From NCBI GenBank assembly GCA_050950765.1, contig JBMNIF010000005.1:48373-112372 (forward strand): 64,000 bases of DNA, written 5' to 3'. The notes under the pieces are model-generated. The model made no database searches and had not been told where the DNA came from. It saw only the letters and a program-made list of their open reading frames with translations. This DNA comes from Bdellovibrionota bacterium. GTDB lineage: Bacteria > Bdellovibrionota_C > UBA2361 > JAAYZI01. The position numbers and the translations under genes were made by a program. The stretch's first letter is position 1. Each line of letters begins with the position of its first letter. Of the stretch, positions 30,000 through 41,238 are shown one piece after another.

Positions 30000-31127
30000 T
30001 TAAAGAATAACAGCTGGTGCGCGTTTGGCGCAGGTCGTGATAAAAACATCTAGGATTTCATTCAATAAAAAGCTTAAGGTTGGACACTTAATTGTTTGAA
30101 TATACGCTGGGCTATTGAGCAACTCCGTTTTTTCTATAACAGAGAGTAAGGCTTGGTCTAACTCAAGGTGGTGGTTATCTTGAATCTCAAATTGTATAAG
30201 ATTTACACCTTTGCACAGATCTTCCAATGTTTTGCTGTTAAAATCAAAGTCTGTATGTTCAGTTTTTTGCATAATAACTTCTAAAGATTCTGCAGCCTGC
30301 CAAACATTTTTAAAGGGAGGGAGTATGTTTTCTGTTACCACTGATTCAGAACTCTCTTCATTAGGCTTAATAATCCTAAGTTTTTGAGATCTATAATATA
30401 AAGGAGCTTCATGTAGAATTGTTTTGGCAACTTTTAAAAGTTCCATCAAGCTTCCTGAATTAGACTTCTGTGAATACTTGGCGATATTTATTATACTCTC
30501 TTGAAAGTCAGCGGCTTCGCCTATTTCTAAATACGCCTCTAAAGAGCGTAACCAACCCTTAACATCTGCTATGGAAACAAAGAGATTGGCACCTGATAGT
30601 AGATCAAAATTCTCAATTAGAGAGATCTGAAACTTACTCTCTCTTTTTATCACATCACAAAGTCTTTTTAGATACTCTCGATAGCGGTGCAGAGATCTCA
30701 ACGTAGACACATCCTGCTTACAATCAACAGTGGCTGCATAACGGAGGGCTCTGCAATACCGTTCAATGTTATATTCTGAAACATTTTCCCACGGAATTGT
30801 AATATTCAGATTCTGTTCTAACATCTCAGAAACTTTATGACGGGCGGCATCTAAACTAATTTGTAGAGGTTGCGTATTAAGAAAGCCGTGCCTGTTTCGG
30901 GACGACTTTTTACTATCAGCAGCAAATGACCGATAACTTCTTTTGACTATATTAAACTTTTTAGGTTTTGCCCGATTTTCATCTCTTCTAGCAATACTCC
31001 GTGCGGTTCCGTTCTGTTGTCGTTTTTTACCGTCTATAAGAGAGAGGTGTACTTCATTCGATTTTTCATCGACCGAACTCTTAGTAAATTTTTTAAAGTA
31101 CATTTTTTGAAATCGTTGTGCCATCAC
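30000..31127 (-). CDS. Hypothetical protein
   Basis: 375-aa ORF, basic N-terminus, helical remainder; no recognised motif. Confidence 0.6.
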   Translation of the reverse strand: MMAQRFQKMYFKKFTKSSVDEKSNEVHLSLIDGKKRQQNGTARSIARRDENRAKPKKFNIVKRSYRSFAADSKKSSRNRHGFLNTQPLQISLDAARHKVSEMLEQNLNITIPWENVSEYNIERYCRALRYAATVDCKQDVSTLRSLHRYREYLKRLCDVIKRESKFQISLIENFDLLSGANLFVSIADVKGWLRSLEAYLEIGEAADFQESIINIAKYSQKSNSGSLMELLKVAKTILHEAPLYYRSQKLRIIKPNEESSESVVTENILPPFKNVWQAAESLEVIMQKTEHTDFDFNSKTLEDLCKGVNLIQFEIQDNHHLELDQALLSVIEKTELLNSPAYIQTIKCPTLSFLLNEILDVFITTCAKRAPAVIL

Positions 31128-31290
31128 TAATCTATCTGCTCAATCTTTTAGCGTGATCCTATTGTGATATGTGTTAAAGTTAAAAATGTACAAAAAATCT
31201 TGAATTATAAGGGATTGATCACACTTGTTTTTCTGTGAGATTGTGTACAACAAAGGTATTTTTACACTACAAACACTTTTATGGGGGAAA

Positions 31291-31992
31291 ATGATAACTA
31301 AGATAACATACGCTGGTCATGCCGCAGTCTTTTTGGAATCAGAAGATGCGGTTATCGCCATAGATCCTTGGCTGGAAGGTAACCCAATCTGTCCGAAAGA
31401 TCTGCACAATCCAAAAAAATTAGATCTGATACTTCTAACACACGGGCATAGCGACCATGCTGGAGATACTCTCAGACTTGTTAAACAATATAAGTGTCAA
31501 GTTGTGGCTGTTTTTGAATTGAGCTGCCTCTTAGCAAAAGCCGGTCTGCCTCAAGATAGGATCATAGGGATGGGAAAAGGTGGAAGCATCACATGGCGTA
31601 ATTTTAAAATTAATCTAACTAACGCCATCCATTCCAGCTCTTATACCATCTCCGGACATACCGAGTATGCGGGAGAAGCTTGCGGAGTAATTATCAACGA
31701 TGGCTCAAGAACATTTTATCATGCGGGAGATACGGCACTTTTTTCGGATATGAAACTTATTCGTGAAGAGTACTCGCCTGATATAGCGTTTCTTCCGATA
31801 GGAGACCACTTTACAATGGGTCCAGACTCTGCTGCAAAAGCAGCACAATTTTGTGGTGCTAAAACTGTTATACCGATCCATTACGGGACATTCCCTGCGC
31901 TAAGCGGCAGAGTAGAAGATTTTAAGGCTGCCTGTAAAAAGTTAGAGCTAACGGTTGTTGTGCCAGAGATCGGTAAAACCTTTACAATTTAA
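31291..31992 (+). CDS. Metallo-beta-lactamase-fold hydrolase (UPF0173-like)
   Basis: IDPWL, THGHSDH, HAGDT, LPIGDHFTMG, PIHYGTF. Confidence 0.92.
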   Translation: MITKITYAGHAAVFLESEDAVIAIDPWLEGNPICPKDLHNPKKLDLILLTHGHSDHAGDTLRLVKQYKCQVVAVFELSCLLAKAGLPQDRIIGMGKGGSITWRNFKINLTNAIHSSSYTISGHTEYAGEACGVIINDGSRTFYHAGDTALFSDMKLIREEYSPDIAFLPIGDHFTMGPDSAAKAAQFCGAKTVIPIHYGTFPALSGRVEDFKAACKKLELTVVVPEIGKTFTI

Positions 31993-32031
31993 TTGCAAGA
32001 ATTAACGGAGGAGGTATTTTTTTTCTCCATC

Positions 32032-32184
32032 AGAAACTTATAACGTTATCGCCTAAGATGTGAACAGATAGCGAAAGGAGATTTGTAAGGGGGGAAAAAG
32101 ACTCCTCCTCGTATTAGAAAGTTATAACGTTATCGCCTATAAGATGTGACAGATAACGGAAGAAGATTTGTAAGGGGGGAAAAC
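32032..32184. repeat. Imperfect ~68-bp direct repeat pair in convergent intergenic region
   Basis: AGAAA(C/G)TTATAACGTTATCGCCT..AAGATGTGA.CAGATA...GATTTGTAAGGGGGGAAAA occurs twice. Confidence 0.8.
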
Positions 32185-32202
32185 TCCCCTTCCTTAAAAA
32201 AC

Positions 32203-35200
32203 TTATTGCGCTACTTTATTGTGTTGTTTTGCTACATATGAATAGATAGCTGGCACAACAAAGAGGGTAAAGACTGTTCCGATAACCATACCGCTAACAA
32301 GTGTAATACCGATACTGTTTCTAGCACCAGCGCCAGCACCACTAGCGATACACAATGGAAAGTGTCCAACAACTGTTGCAACAGAGGTCATTAATACAGG
32401 ACGTAGCCTTACTATTCCGGCACGAATACCGGCTTCAAGACGGTCATACCCCTCTTCCTGTAACCTATTTGCGAATTCAGTGATGAGAATACCGTTCTTC
32501 GCTATCAAGCCGACTAAGGTTACCAAGCCTACTTGGGAATAGATATTAATAGAGGTGCTACCGAAGAAGACAAAGACCATAGAGCCTGCTAAAGCTAACG
32601 GAACAGATCCGGCAAGAACGATAAAAGGATCTCTAAAACTTTCAAATTGAGCCGCTAATACTAAGTAGATCAAGATTAAGGCGACAAAGAGAGTTCCTAT
32701 TAACTTACTTCCCTCTGTTCTCAACTGTCTAGATTCTCCAGCATAATCGATAGTATACTCATTTGAGATCAATTCCTTAGTTTTATTTTCAAGATCCGTT
32801 AAAGCAGAATCTATTGAGACTGAACTATTAACAACTCCTTGGATCTTAACGGAGTTTAATTGCTGAAAACGGTTTAATTGACGTGGTTCAACGGTAGACT
32901 TAATAGTTGCAAAAGTGCTAACAGGTATAAGCTTTCCTTCAGGAGTGTTGACATAAGTATTAAGGAGCTGCTCTGGTGTTAAACGTTGAGCCCTCTTTAC
33001 TTGTGGGATAACTTTATAACTTCTGCCATCGACACTATATCTATTAACGTAATTTCCACCAGTTAAAGAAGCCAGCTCCCCTCCGACCTGACGTAAATCC
33101 ATCCCTAATGAAGCGATCATATCTCTATCTAAAACGAATTCAACTTGAGGTAGATCGTATTTTAGATCTAAGTCTACAAAGGTAAATTTCTTTGTAGTAT
33201 AGGCGTACTGCACTACTTGAGAAGCTATCTGATACAAATCTTTTGGATCATGTGTAGATGAAATAACCATTTCAACGGGATATTGACTTCCACCAGGTAA
33301 TGGCGGTGGTGTGATAACAATAGATCTAATCCCTGCAAGTTGTGCCAATCCAGCTCCCATCTGAACTTTTAGCTCTTCTGCACTTTCTTTCCGTACTCCC
33401 CACGGCTTTAACACAACTCCGGCAAAACCGAAGTTCGGAAGTGTTACCTGAAAAACGGTATCCGTTGCAGGAATTTTCTTAACTACCTCCGCAATCTGAC
33501 TCGTATAAAGGCTAGTTTGATCAATTGTAGAGTCAGGAGCTGCCTGTAAAAAAGCCGCAACGATACCTTGATCTTCTTGTGGTGCCAATTCCTTTTCAGA
33601 GAAGATATACATCACTGGGATACAAGCAATAAGTAGCGCTGCACTACATAAGATGGCAACACGCCACTGCATAGCTGCTCTAAGGGCTTTTTCATAACGA
33701 GCTTGTAAGCGGGCGAAAGTTGAGTCTACAAAAGTTTTAAAACGTGTCTCTTTTCCATCACTACGAATTAAGCGTGATGACATCATAGGAGATAAGGTTA
33801 AAGCAACCATTCCTGATACAACAACTGCTCCCGCTAATGTAAAAGCGAACTCTCTAAAAAGCGCCCCCGTTAATCCGCCTTGGAAGCCGATCGGTGCATA
33901 AACAGTAGCAAGAGTTAATGACATTGCGATTGTTGGTAGCACCAATTCTCTCGCACCCTTGATAGCTGCATCAAAAGGTTTCATCCCCTCTTGAACGTGA
34001 CGCTCTATATTTTCAAGCATGACAATAGCATCATCTACAACCAAGCCGACGGCTAAAACGATAGCAAGTAGTGTTAAGAGGTTAATGGTGAAGCCAAAGA
34101 GAGCCATAAAAACCACACCGCCTAAGAGTGATAGTGGTATGGCAACGGTTGGAACTAAGACAGACCTGATAGAACCGATAAAAATAAAGATAACTAAAAC
34201 AACGATACAGACCGTTTCAATAAGAGTGTTACGAACTTCATCAATGGCATCTTGAATATATTCAGTACTATCATGTGCTATACGAAATTTTATACTATTA
34301 GGTAGGTTTTTTTCAATATCAGGTAGGATCTTTCTAGTATTTTTAATAACTTCAAGGGTATTAGCATTAGGTAAAACCCAAACTCCTATAAAAACATTAG
34401 TGTCGCCATCAACGCGAACATCGACATTATAATCAACGGCACCTTGCTCAACGTCTGCGATATCTTTTACTCGAACTAAACTTGAACCTTCACGTTTAAT
34501 AACTAAATTTTCAAAATCTTCAACAGTCACTAAATCGGTATTCGCCGTTAAATTAACAGAAACCATTGAGCCTTTAGTGCTGCCGATAGCAGCTAAATAG
34601 TTATTCTGTTTTAAAGCTTGCGTGACCATAACGGGGCTAAGCTTCATAGCTGCCATCCGATCAGGCTTCAACCATAAACGCATAGCAAAAGTTCTTTCAC
34701 CTAAGATCTCAGCTCGTTGTACACCAGGGACAGCAGATAACTTCGGTTGTACAACTCTAATTAAATAGTCAGTGATCTGATTTGATTTCATCGTATCAGA
34801 TGAGAAACTGAGGAATAGTGAAGCGAACCTATCATCTGTTGATTCAACATTAATGATAGGGACTTCAGCTTCTGGAGGTAGGTCATTTCTAACTTGATTC
34901 ACCTTTGACTGAATCTGAGTTAAAGCAGAGTTCGTATCATAATTAAGACGTAAATGCGCCGTAATTTTGCTGATATTCTGAGAACTTTCTGATTCTAAAT
35001 AATCGATACCATCAGCACTAGCGATCGCCTGTTCTAAAGGAGTTGTCACAAAACCTCTGATTAAATCTGCGCTAGCACCGATATAAGATGTTTGAACAGT
35101 AACAACAGAAAGGTCACTTTTAGGGTATTGTCTAGTCGGAAGAGTTCGTATCGCCTGGATACCAGCTACTAGAATAATTAAATTTGTACAGATAGCTAAA

Positions 35201-35235
35201 ACAGGACGACGTATAAAAAGGTCTGTAAGTTGCAT
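32203..35235 (-). CDS. RND efflux permease (HAE1, MexW/MexI-like)
   Basis: FIRRPV, GLVVDDAIVMLEN, GLIAKNGIL, RLRPVLMT. Confidence 0.95.
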   Translation of the reverse strand: MQLTDLFIRRPVLAICTNLIILVAGIQAIRTLPTRQYPKSDLSVVTVQTSYIGASADLIRGFVTTPLEQAIASADGIDYLESESSQNISKITAHLRLNYDTNSALTQIQSKVNQVRNDLPPEAEVPIINVESTDDRFASLFLSFSSDTMKSNQITDYLIRVVQPKLSAVPGVQRAEILGERTFAMRLWLKPDRMAAMKLSPVMVTQALKQNNYLAAIGSTKGSMVSVNLTANTDLVTVEDFENLVIKREGSSLVRVKDIADVEQGAVDYNVDVRVDGDTNVFIGVWVLPNANTLEVIKNTRKILPDIEKNLPNSIKFRIAHDSTEYIQDAIDEVRNTLIETVCIVVLVIFIFIGSIRSVLVPTVAIPLSLLGGVVFMALFGFTINLLTLLAIVLAVGLVVDDAIVMLENIERHVQEGMKPFDAAIKGARELVLPTIAMSLTLATVYAPIGFQGGLTGALFREFAFTLAGAVVVSGMVALTLSPMMSSRLIRSDGKETRFKTFVDSTFARLQARYEKALRAAMQWRVAILCSAALLIACIPVMYIFSEKELAPQEDQGIVAAFLQAAPDSTIDQTSLYTSQIAEVVKKIPATDTVFQVTLPNFGFAGVVLKPWGVRKESAEELKVQMGAGLAQLAGIRSIVITPPPLPGGSQYPVEMVISSTHDPKDLYQIASQVVQYAYTTKKFTFVDLDLKYDLPQVEFVLDRDMIASLGMDLRQVGGELASLTGGNYVNRYSVDGRSYKVIPQVKRAQRLTPEQLLNTYVNTPEGKLIPVSTFATIKSTVEPRQLNRFQQLNSVKIQGVVNSSVSIDSALTDLENKTKELISNEYTIDYAGESRQLRTEGSKLIGTLFVALILIYLVLAAQFESFRDPFIVLAGSVPLALAGSMVFVFFGSTSINIYSQVGLVTLVGLIAKNGILITEFANRLQEEGYDRLEAGIRAGIVRLRPVLMTSVATVVGHFPLCIASGAGAGARNSIGITLVSGMVIGTVFTLFVVPAIYSYVAKQHNKVAQ

Positions 35236-35302
35236 AAGAAAACTCAGGATTTCATCGGTTAATAAAGAAACTTCTCTCTACATTATTTGTAAGTAAGATT
35301 TC

Positions 35303-35335
35303 ACCTCTCATTTTTAAAAAATTAAAATGAGAGGT
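35303..35335. other. Intercistronic hairpin between RND adaptor and permease genes
   Basis: ACCTCTCATTTT-N9-AAAATGAGAGGT perfect 12-bp inverted repeat. Confidence 0.6.
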
Positions 35336-35348
35336 CGCTATAATTAAG

Positions 35349-36488
35349 TTATGTATCTGACGGATTAGGAGAGATACTAGAACCAGGCACAACTGCGTTA
35401 TTGATTAAAATAGGTGCGCCATCTCTAAGTTGAAAAGCAGCAGAGCTTACGACCTCTTCTCCGCCTTTTAAGCCACTTGTAACAGCGATAAGCTCACCCC
35501 GTCTTTCACCTAAAACAACAGGGGTGCGTTTTACAACACCTGTGGTATCATCCTCACTTTTCTTCGTTATAACAAAAACTGCATTTTCATAAGAAGAGAA
35601 GCTAACTCCGGAGGTGGGGATTGATACAACGTTCATAGATTCGTTTAAAAGCAATTCAACCCGTGCAAACATTCCAGGTAGCAAAGCACCATCTTTGTTA
35701 TTAACGACTGCTTGCAATTCGATATTTCTTGAAGCCTCATCAACAGCAGGCTCAATCGTTGTTAGTGTTCCTTGAAAAGTACGATCCCCGAAAGCATCTA
35801 CTGTAAAATTTACAGTCAAGCCGATAGCGAGTTTGCTAATATATTTTTGTGGCAACGTAAAATTAAGGTAAAGCTTTTCTAAATCTTGTAACGAAACGAC
35901 ATTAGTTCCAGGGGCAAGTACCTGACCTAAATTAACGTGACGCAGACCTGTTTTTCCACGAAATGGTGCAATAACCTTCTTTTTTGTTATCTTAGCCTCT
36001 AAACTAGCAACGGCTGCTTCTGCAGCTCTATACTCCGCCCTAGCTCTATCAAGGTCTGAAACAGCATTAGCGCTATTTTTTCTTAACGTTTCATGTCTAC
36101 TTAGTTCCAGTTTGGCAAGTTGATAAGTTGCTCTAGCACCTTTCAGCTCAGCTTCTTCAACTGAGGTATCGAGCTCAAGTAAAACCGTATCACCTTCCAC
36201 CACAGTGCCAGGCTTAAAGTTGATTGCCGTAACACGTCCCGACTCTTCAGCCGCAAGCATAGTACCTTGTATCGGAGCGAGCTCTCCAACTGCATTAAGG
36301 CTTATAGACCAAGCTACATCTTGTGCAATAGCAGAAGTTACCGCTGTTGGAGGAAGTTGTCGTTTAGCAGCCTCTTCCGCAGCTTCATCGATCTGCATCT
36401 TCTTAAAACCGGCGAAAATCAAGATTAGCACTAAGGTAGCACCAACTCCGATCGCCATCTGTTTAAACATTTTTATCTTCATATTCAC
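35349..36488 (-). CDS. RND efflux periplasmic adaptor subunit
   Basis: N-terminal TM, lipoyl/coiled-coil pattern (SGRV..I.F, APFRG), LLPGMFARV, GLKGGEEVV. Confidence 0.93.
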   Translation of the reverse strand: MNMKIKMFKQMAIGVGATLVLILIFAGFKKMQIDEAAEEAAKRQLPPTAVTSAIAQDVAWSISLNAVGELAPIQGTMLAAEESGRVTAINFKPGTVVEGDTVLLELDTSVEEAELKGARATYQLAKLELSRHETLRKNSANAVSDLDRARAEYRAAEAAVASLEAKITKKKVIAPFRGKTGLRHVNLGQVLAPGTNVVSLQDLEKLYLNFTLPQKYISKLAIGLTVNFTVDAFGDRTFQGTLTTIEPAVDEASRNIELQAVVNNKDGALLPGMFARVELLLNESMNVVSIPTSGVSFSSYENAVFVITKKSEDDTTGVVKRTPVVLGERRGELIAVTSGLKGGEEVVSSAAFQLRDGAPILINNAVVPGSSISPNPSDT

Positions 36489-36490
36489 TC

Positions 36491-37213
36491 TTAATTTAAT
36501 GTATTTTTATCAAAAACTTGCAGTAATACCTGCTCAATAAAATCGTTTTCACAATTTAAAACGCGCAATGTAAAATCTGTTATCTGCTTAGCTGCAACGT
36601 TACACAACTCCGGCTTACTATAATCACAGTTATCCAAACGTTCAACAAAGGCGCGGTGTGTAAAAAAATATGACGTTTGAGCAGCCACCAAATGAACCGC
36701 TGCGATCTTTGTCACTTCCGGCATCTCGGGAGCTATGATCTGCATAATTTTTAGTAGCCCCAATCTGATCGGTTTCATAAAATCATTAACGGTGCTATCA
36801 ACGATAGCTTCACGAATTTCAGGGTTAAAAGATGTCGAACTTAAGATCTCTCGTAGTACAATCCTACGGACGTTAGAGCCTTTTTTGTGAAAGATATGCG
36901 TCATCAACGCCACGATAAATTTCGCTAATTGTTCGGCAGCATCTTCTGCAGAAAGAGAAACTTCATCTAAGATCATCATCGGATTATCATCTTCACGGCG
37001 TGCCATTACTTCTCGCACAACCTCTATAAAAAGTTGTGCTTTTGAACCGAAATGATACTTGATAGATCCTAAGTTAACAAAAGCAGCTTCGGCGATATTA
37101 CGTGTGCTAACAGCGGAATATTCGCTTTGACTAAAAAGCACTTCAGCAGCCTCGAGCAAAGCTTGTCGTGTTGTCTTTTTTTCAAAATTAACTTTCTTTT
37201 CCAAAATACCCAC
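36491..37213 (-). CDS. TetR-family regulator (CecR/DUF1956-like C-terminus)
   Basis: LLEAAEVLF...STRNIAEAAFVNLGSIKYHFGSK HTH. Confidence 0.9.
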   Translation of the reverse strand: MGILEKKVNFEKKTTRQALLEAAEVLFSQSEYSAVSTRNIAEAAFVNLGSIKYHFGSKAQLFIEVVREVMARREDDNPMMILDEVSLSAEDAAEQLAKFIVALMTHIFHKKGSNVRRIVLREILSSTSFNPEIREAIVDSTVNDFMKPIRLGLLKIMQIIAPEMPEVTKIAAVHLVAAQTSYFFTHRAFVERLDNCDYSKPELCNVAAKQITDFTLRVLNCENDFIEQVLLQVFDKNTLN

Positions 37214-37217
37214 TAAT

Positions 37218-37229
37218 TCAATCGACTGA
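37218..37229. promoter_or_regulatory. Candidate TetR operator
   Basis: Imperfect palindrome TCAATCGACTGA immediately upstream of the TetR start codon. Confidence 0.4.
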
Positions 37230-37439
37230 CTTATTTTAAAAAGGCTTAAAAAAAATGGCTGATTAACTAAACAGACAATTCTCTATTCAGTCACAGCCTG
37301 TGATCTTTATATTATGTCACGTTATTTTTAATTATACCATAGATAGTAGAAAAAATAATTATCCGCAACTATATAATATAATCAATATGTTATATTATAA
37401 TATCTTAGAAAAAATAAGTTATTTATTGGTCTTTCAGAA

Positions 37440-37955
37440 CGGAGATCTAGTATCACCCTTCAATGACGATAGAACGGGTGTGATTGCAGGACAAATCAGC
37501 TAGATCTCTACGGCGTAAAAAGTATCACCCTTCAATGACGATAGAACGGGTGGGGTATTGAAAATTGAATTAGCTAGATCTTGACGGAGGTTAAAAATTT
37601 GGAAATTTGGTGCCACCCTTCAGTTAAAAGCCCTTCAGTTAAAAGTGGGTGTCCTAATTGACGGCTAATAATATCAATATGTTAGCAAAAACTTAGAATT
37701 TCAGTTTTGGTGCCACCCACCAGTAAAAGTGGGTGTCCTAATTGGCAGCATTGGGGCAGCATTGGTGCCACCCTTCATTTTTGGCAGAACGGCTGGCTGC
37801 TGCACTGGTGCCACCCTTCAGTAACGATCGGACGGGCTAGACTGAAAAACGGATCAGCTAGATCTGGACGGAGGTCAAAAAACTGGTGCCACCCTTCAGT
37901 AACGATCGGACGGGCTAGACTGAAAAACGGATCAGCTTAGATCTGGACGGGGTAA
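37440..37955. repeat. Cluster of GGTGCCACCC-family repeats (reverse-complement relative of the 59.6-60.8 kb array)
   Basis: TGGTGCCACCC(TTCAG) repeated; AAAAGTGGGTGTCCTAATTG.CGGCTAATAATATCA.TATGTTAGCAAAA matches the reverse complement of the 59966-60014 unit. Confidence 0.88.
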
Positions 37956-37962
37956 AAAGAGA

Positions 37963-38354
37963 ATGGAGCGCAGCGATAAGCGGAATTCTGTAAGCTCTTA
38001 AAAAAGAGCCCGATGGTCATTCATCTAGACCTGCCGTTACCGACAGGCTCAAGCGAAACTACCCGGAAGCGTTCCACTACGAGCAGTAGTGGCTAAAAGT
38101 TTCCTTCTAAAAGCTTCTCTATTTGTTCTTGCTTCAGTCAGGGTTTACCAAGCTAACGAGTTACCCCGTTACTGGTGAGCTCTTACCTCACCTTTTCACC
38201 CTTTCCACACCACCTCCGAAGAAGCGACGTGGCGGTTTCCTTTTCTGTGGCACTTTCCCTTAGTCACCTAAGGCCGCTGTTAGCGGCTAACTTGCTCTAT
38301 GAAGTCCCGACTTTCCTCCCCTCTTACGAGCGGCGACCATCTGCCAAACTCCAC
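37963..38354 (-). ncRNA. rnpB: RNase P RNA (bacterial type A)
   Basis: Minus strand GAGGAAAGTCGGGAC...GGAAAGTGCCACAGAAA...GGGTGAAA...GGTAAACC...CTAGATGAATGACC...ACAGAATTCCGCTTAT with P1 closure. Confidence 0.95.
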
Positions 38355-38585
38355 TCTCTATTAAGAAAAATAACATATTTTAAGAGTTTTAAGAAATATA
38401 AATGGATAGCGCTAATAAAATAGTGCCGTGATTTTAAAGATTTCAGAAAAATTCCGCTTTTAAGAAATATAAAGATTTTTACCGCAAAATTAACGGCAAT
38501 AAAGGTTGGAAGTGGGCGAAGTGGTACAAGGCGCTGACGTGGATCCTTTTAAAGGCGTGTTTAAATATTATTTAGAGAAAGCTTT

Positions 38586-39332
38586 GTGAAACACTTACAA
38601 CCTAATGAAATTTTAACCTCAACAATAGAGATTTTATTACCAGCACGGTGTCATATCTGCGGTCGTAGAGTTTGGCAAACCCCGATCTGCCAAAGTTGCA
38701 CCCCAACCCTACCCGATAAAATAGATCGTTGCCCAATCTGCTACACGCCGTGGAGTAATAACAACACCTGTCTCTATTGTAGGCTACACCCCCTACCGTG
38801 CATAAAAATGCGCTTCCTCTGGGGATATAGCGGCGCTGCACGGAGATTAGTAAACGTTATGAAATATCACCCTAGCCCAGCACTGTGTAAAGTTGCAGGA
38901 GAACTTCTAGCAAACGCCCTCCCCTCTCTTGAGCTCGGATCTGATTTCGATCTGGTAGTGCCGATCCCCTCCTCAAGAAGTAACCTTATTTTACGCGGCT
39001 TTAATCAATGCGATATCCTTGCTGAATACGTTGCCGCTGCTTTAGAGATCGACCTTGACTATTTAGCACTACGCCACACAAAAAAAATCACACCACAAGC
39101 TTCCCTATCCCATAACGAAAGGTTGCGAAATATGAAGGACACCTTCGCAGTCTCATCAAAAAAAATCATCGGGAAACGTATCTTAATAGTTGATGACGTT
39201 ATTACAACAGGAGCAACTACAAATAGTGCCGCCCAAACACTCCTGCGGGGCGGAGCTGCCGCCGTCGGAATCCTCGCTTTAATTCGTTCAGATAATTGGC
39301 TTAATTTTAGAGATAAACTCCTTTCTAAATAG
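38586..39332 (+). CDS. comF: ComF family protein (zinc ribbon + PRTase)
   Basis: CxxC repeats, RGFNQ, ILIVDDVITTGAT. Confidence 0.92.
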   Translation: MKHLQPNEILTSTIEILLPARCHICGRRVWQTPICQSCTPTLPDKIDRCPICYTPWSNNNTCLYCRLHPLPCIKMRFLWGYSGAARRLVNVMKYHPSPALCKVAGELLANALPSLELGSDFDLVVPIPSSRSNLILRGFNQCDILAEYVAAALEIDLDYLALRHTKKITPQASLSHNERLRNMKDTFAVSSKKIIGKRILIVDDVITTGATTNSAAQTLLRGGAAAVGILALIRSDNWLNFRDKLLSK

Positions 39333-39345
39333 TAACCTTTAAAAG

Positions 39346-39498
39346 GTTTTACAACCTCATTTGTCCTTATAACTCGCCACCATCGAGCTGTCGGTAAGGA
39401 TAGAGAAGTTTTACAACCTCACTTGTCCTTATAACCCTTTGTCTGTTGTGTAGCAGAGAAGAGCTAACAACCTTTACAACTTTATTTCTCCTTATAAC
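39346..39498. repeat. CRISPR-like triplet of 28-bp repeats separated by 34/35-bp sequences
   Basis: GTTTTACAACCTCA(T/C)TTGTCCTTATAAC at 39346 and 39408, degenerate copy at 39471; no cas genes in window. Confidence 0.55.
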
Positions 39499-39595
39499 TC
39501 CCCACCACCTTAGCCATATTAACTGTATTAGACCTGTTACGCTTTTCACCACTCGACATCTCACATCCGCAAGCATAATATCGGGGGGTATTTAA

Positions 39596-40993
<1,398 letters not shown>

Positions 40994-41084
40994 GCACCTT
41001 CTCTCGGCTTGTAAGTTTTGTAAGTTGAATAATAAAAAAACTATCACAGTCGTTCTTGGCTATTTTCCACTTTCGTCGATTTAG

Positions 41085-41186
41085 GGTATTAGATAGCTAT
41101 AAACGATTACGCCTAGGAAAAAGTAGCGGCTAGACTTGCTTTTCTCAGGTATTAGTCAGCTATAAGCGATTAGACCTTGAAAAAAG
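41085..41186. repeat. Imperfect 39-bp direct repeat pair upstream of bamD
   Basis: GGTATTAG..AGCTATAA.CGATTA..CCT.GAAAAA.G at 41085 and 41148. Confidence 0.65.
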
Positions 41187-41238
41187 CGCTCTCTCTTTTT
41201 AGTGATGCCTTTTTATTGATGATAGGAATCTTTGTAAT

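Noticed and set aside
37300-38423. ORFs 37300-37503, 37707-37940 and 38175-38423
   Set aside because: They lie in AT-rich intergenic DNA, repeat units, or antisense to rnpB
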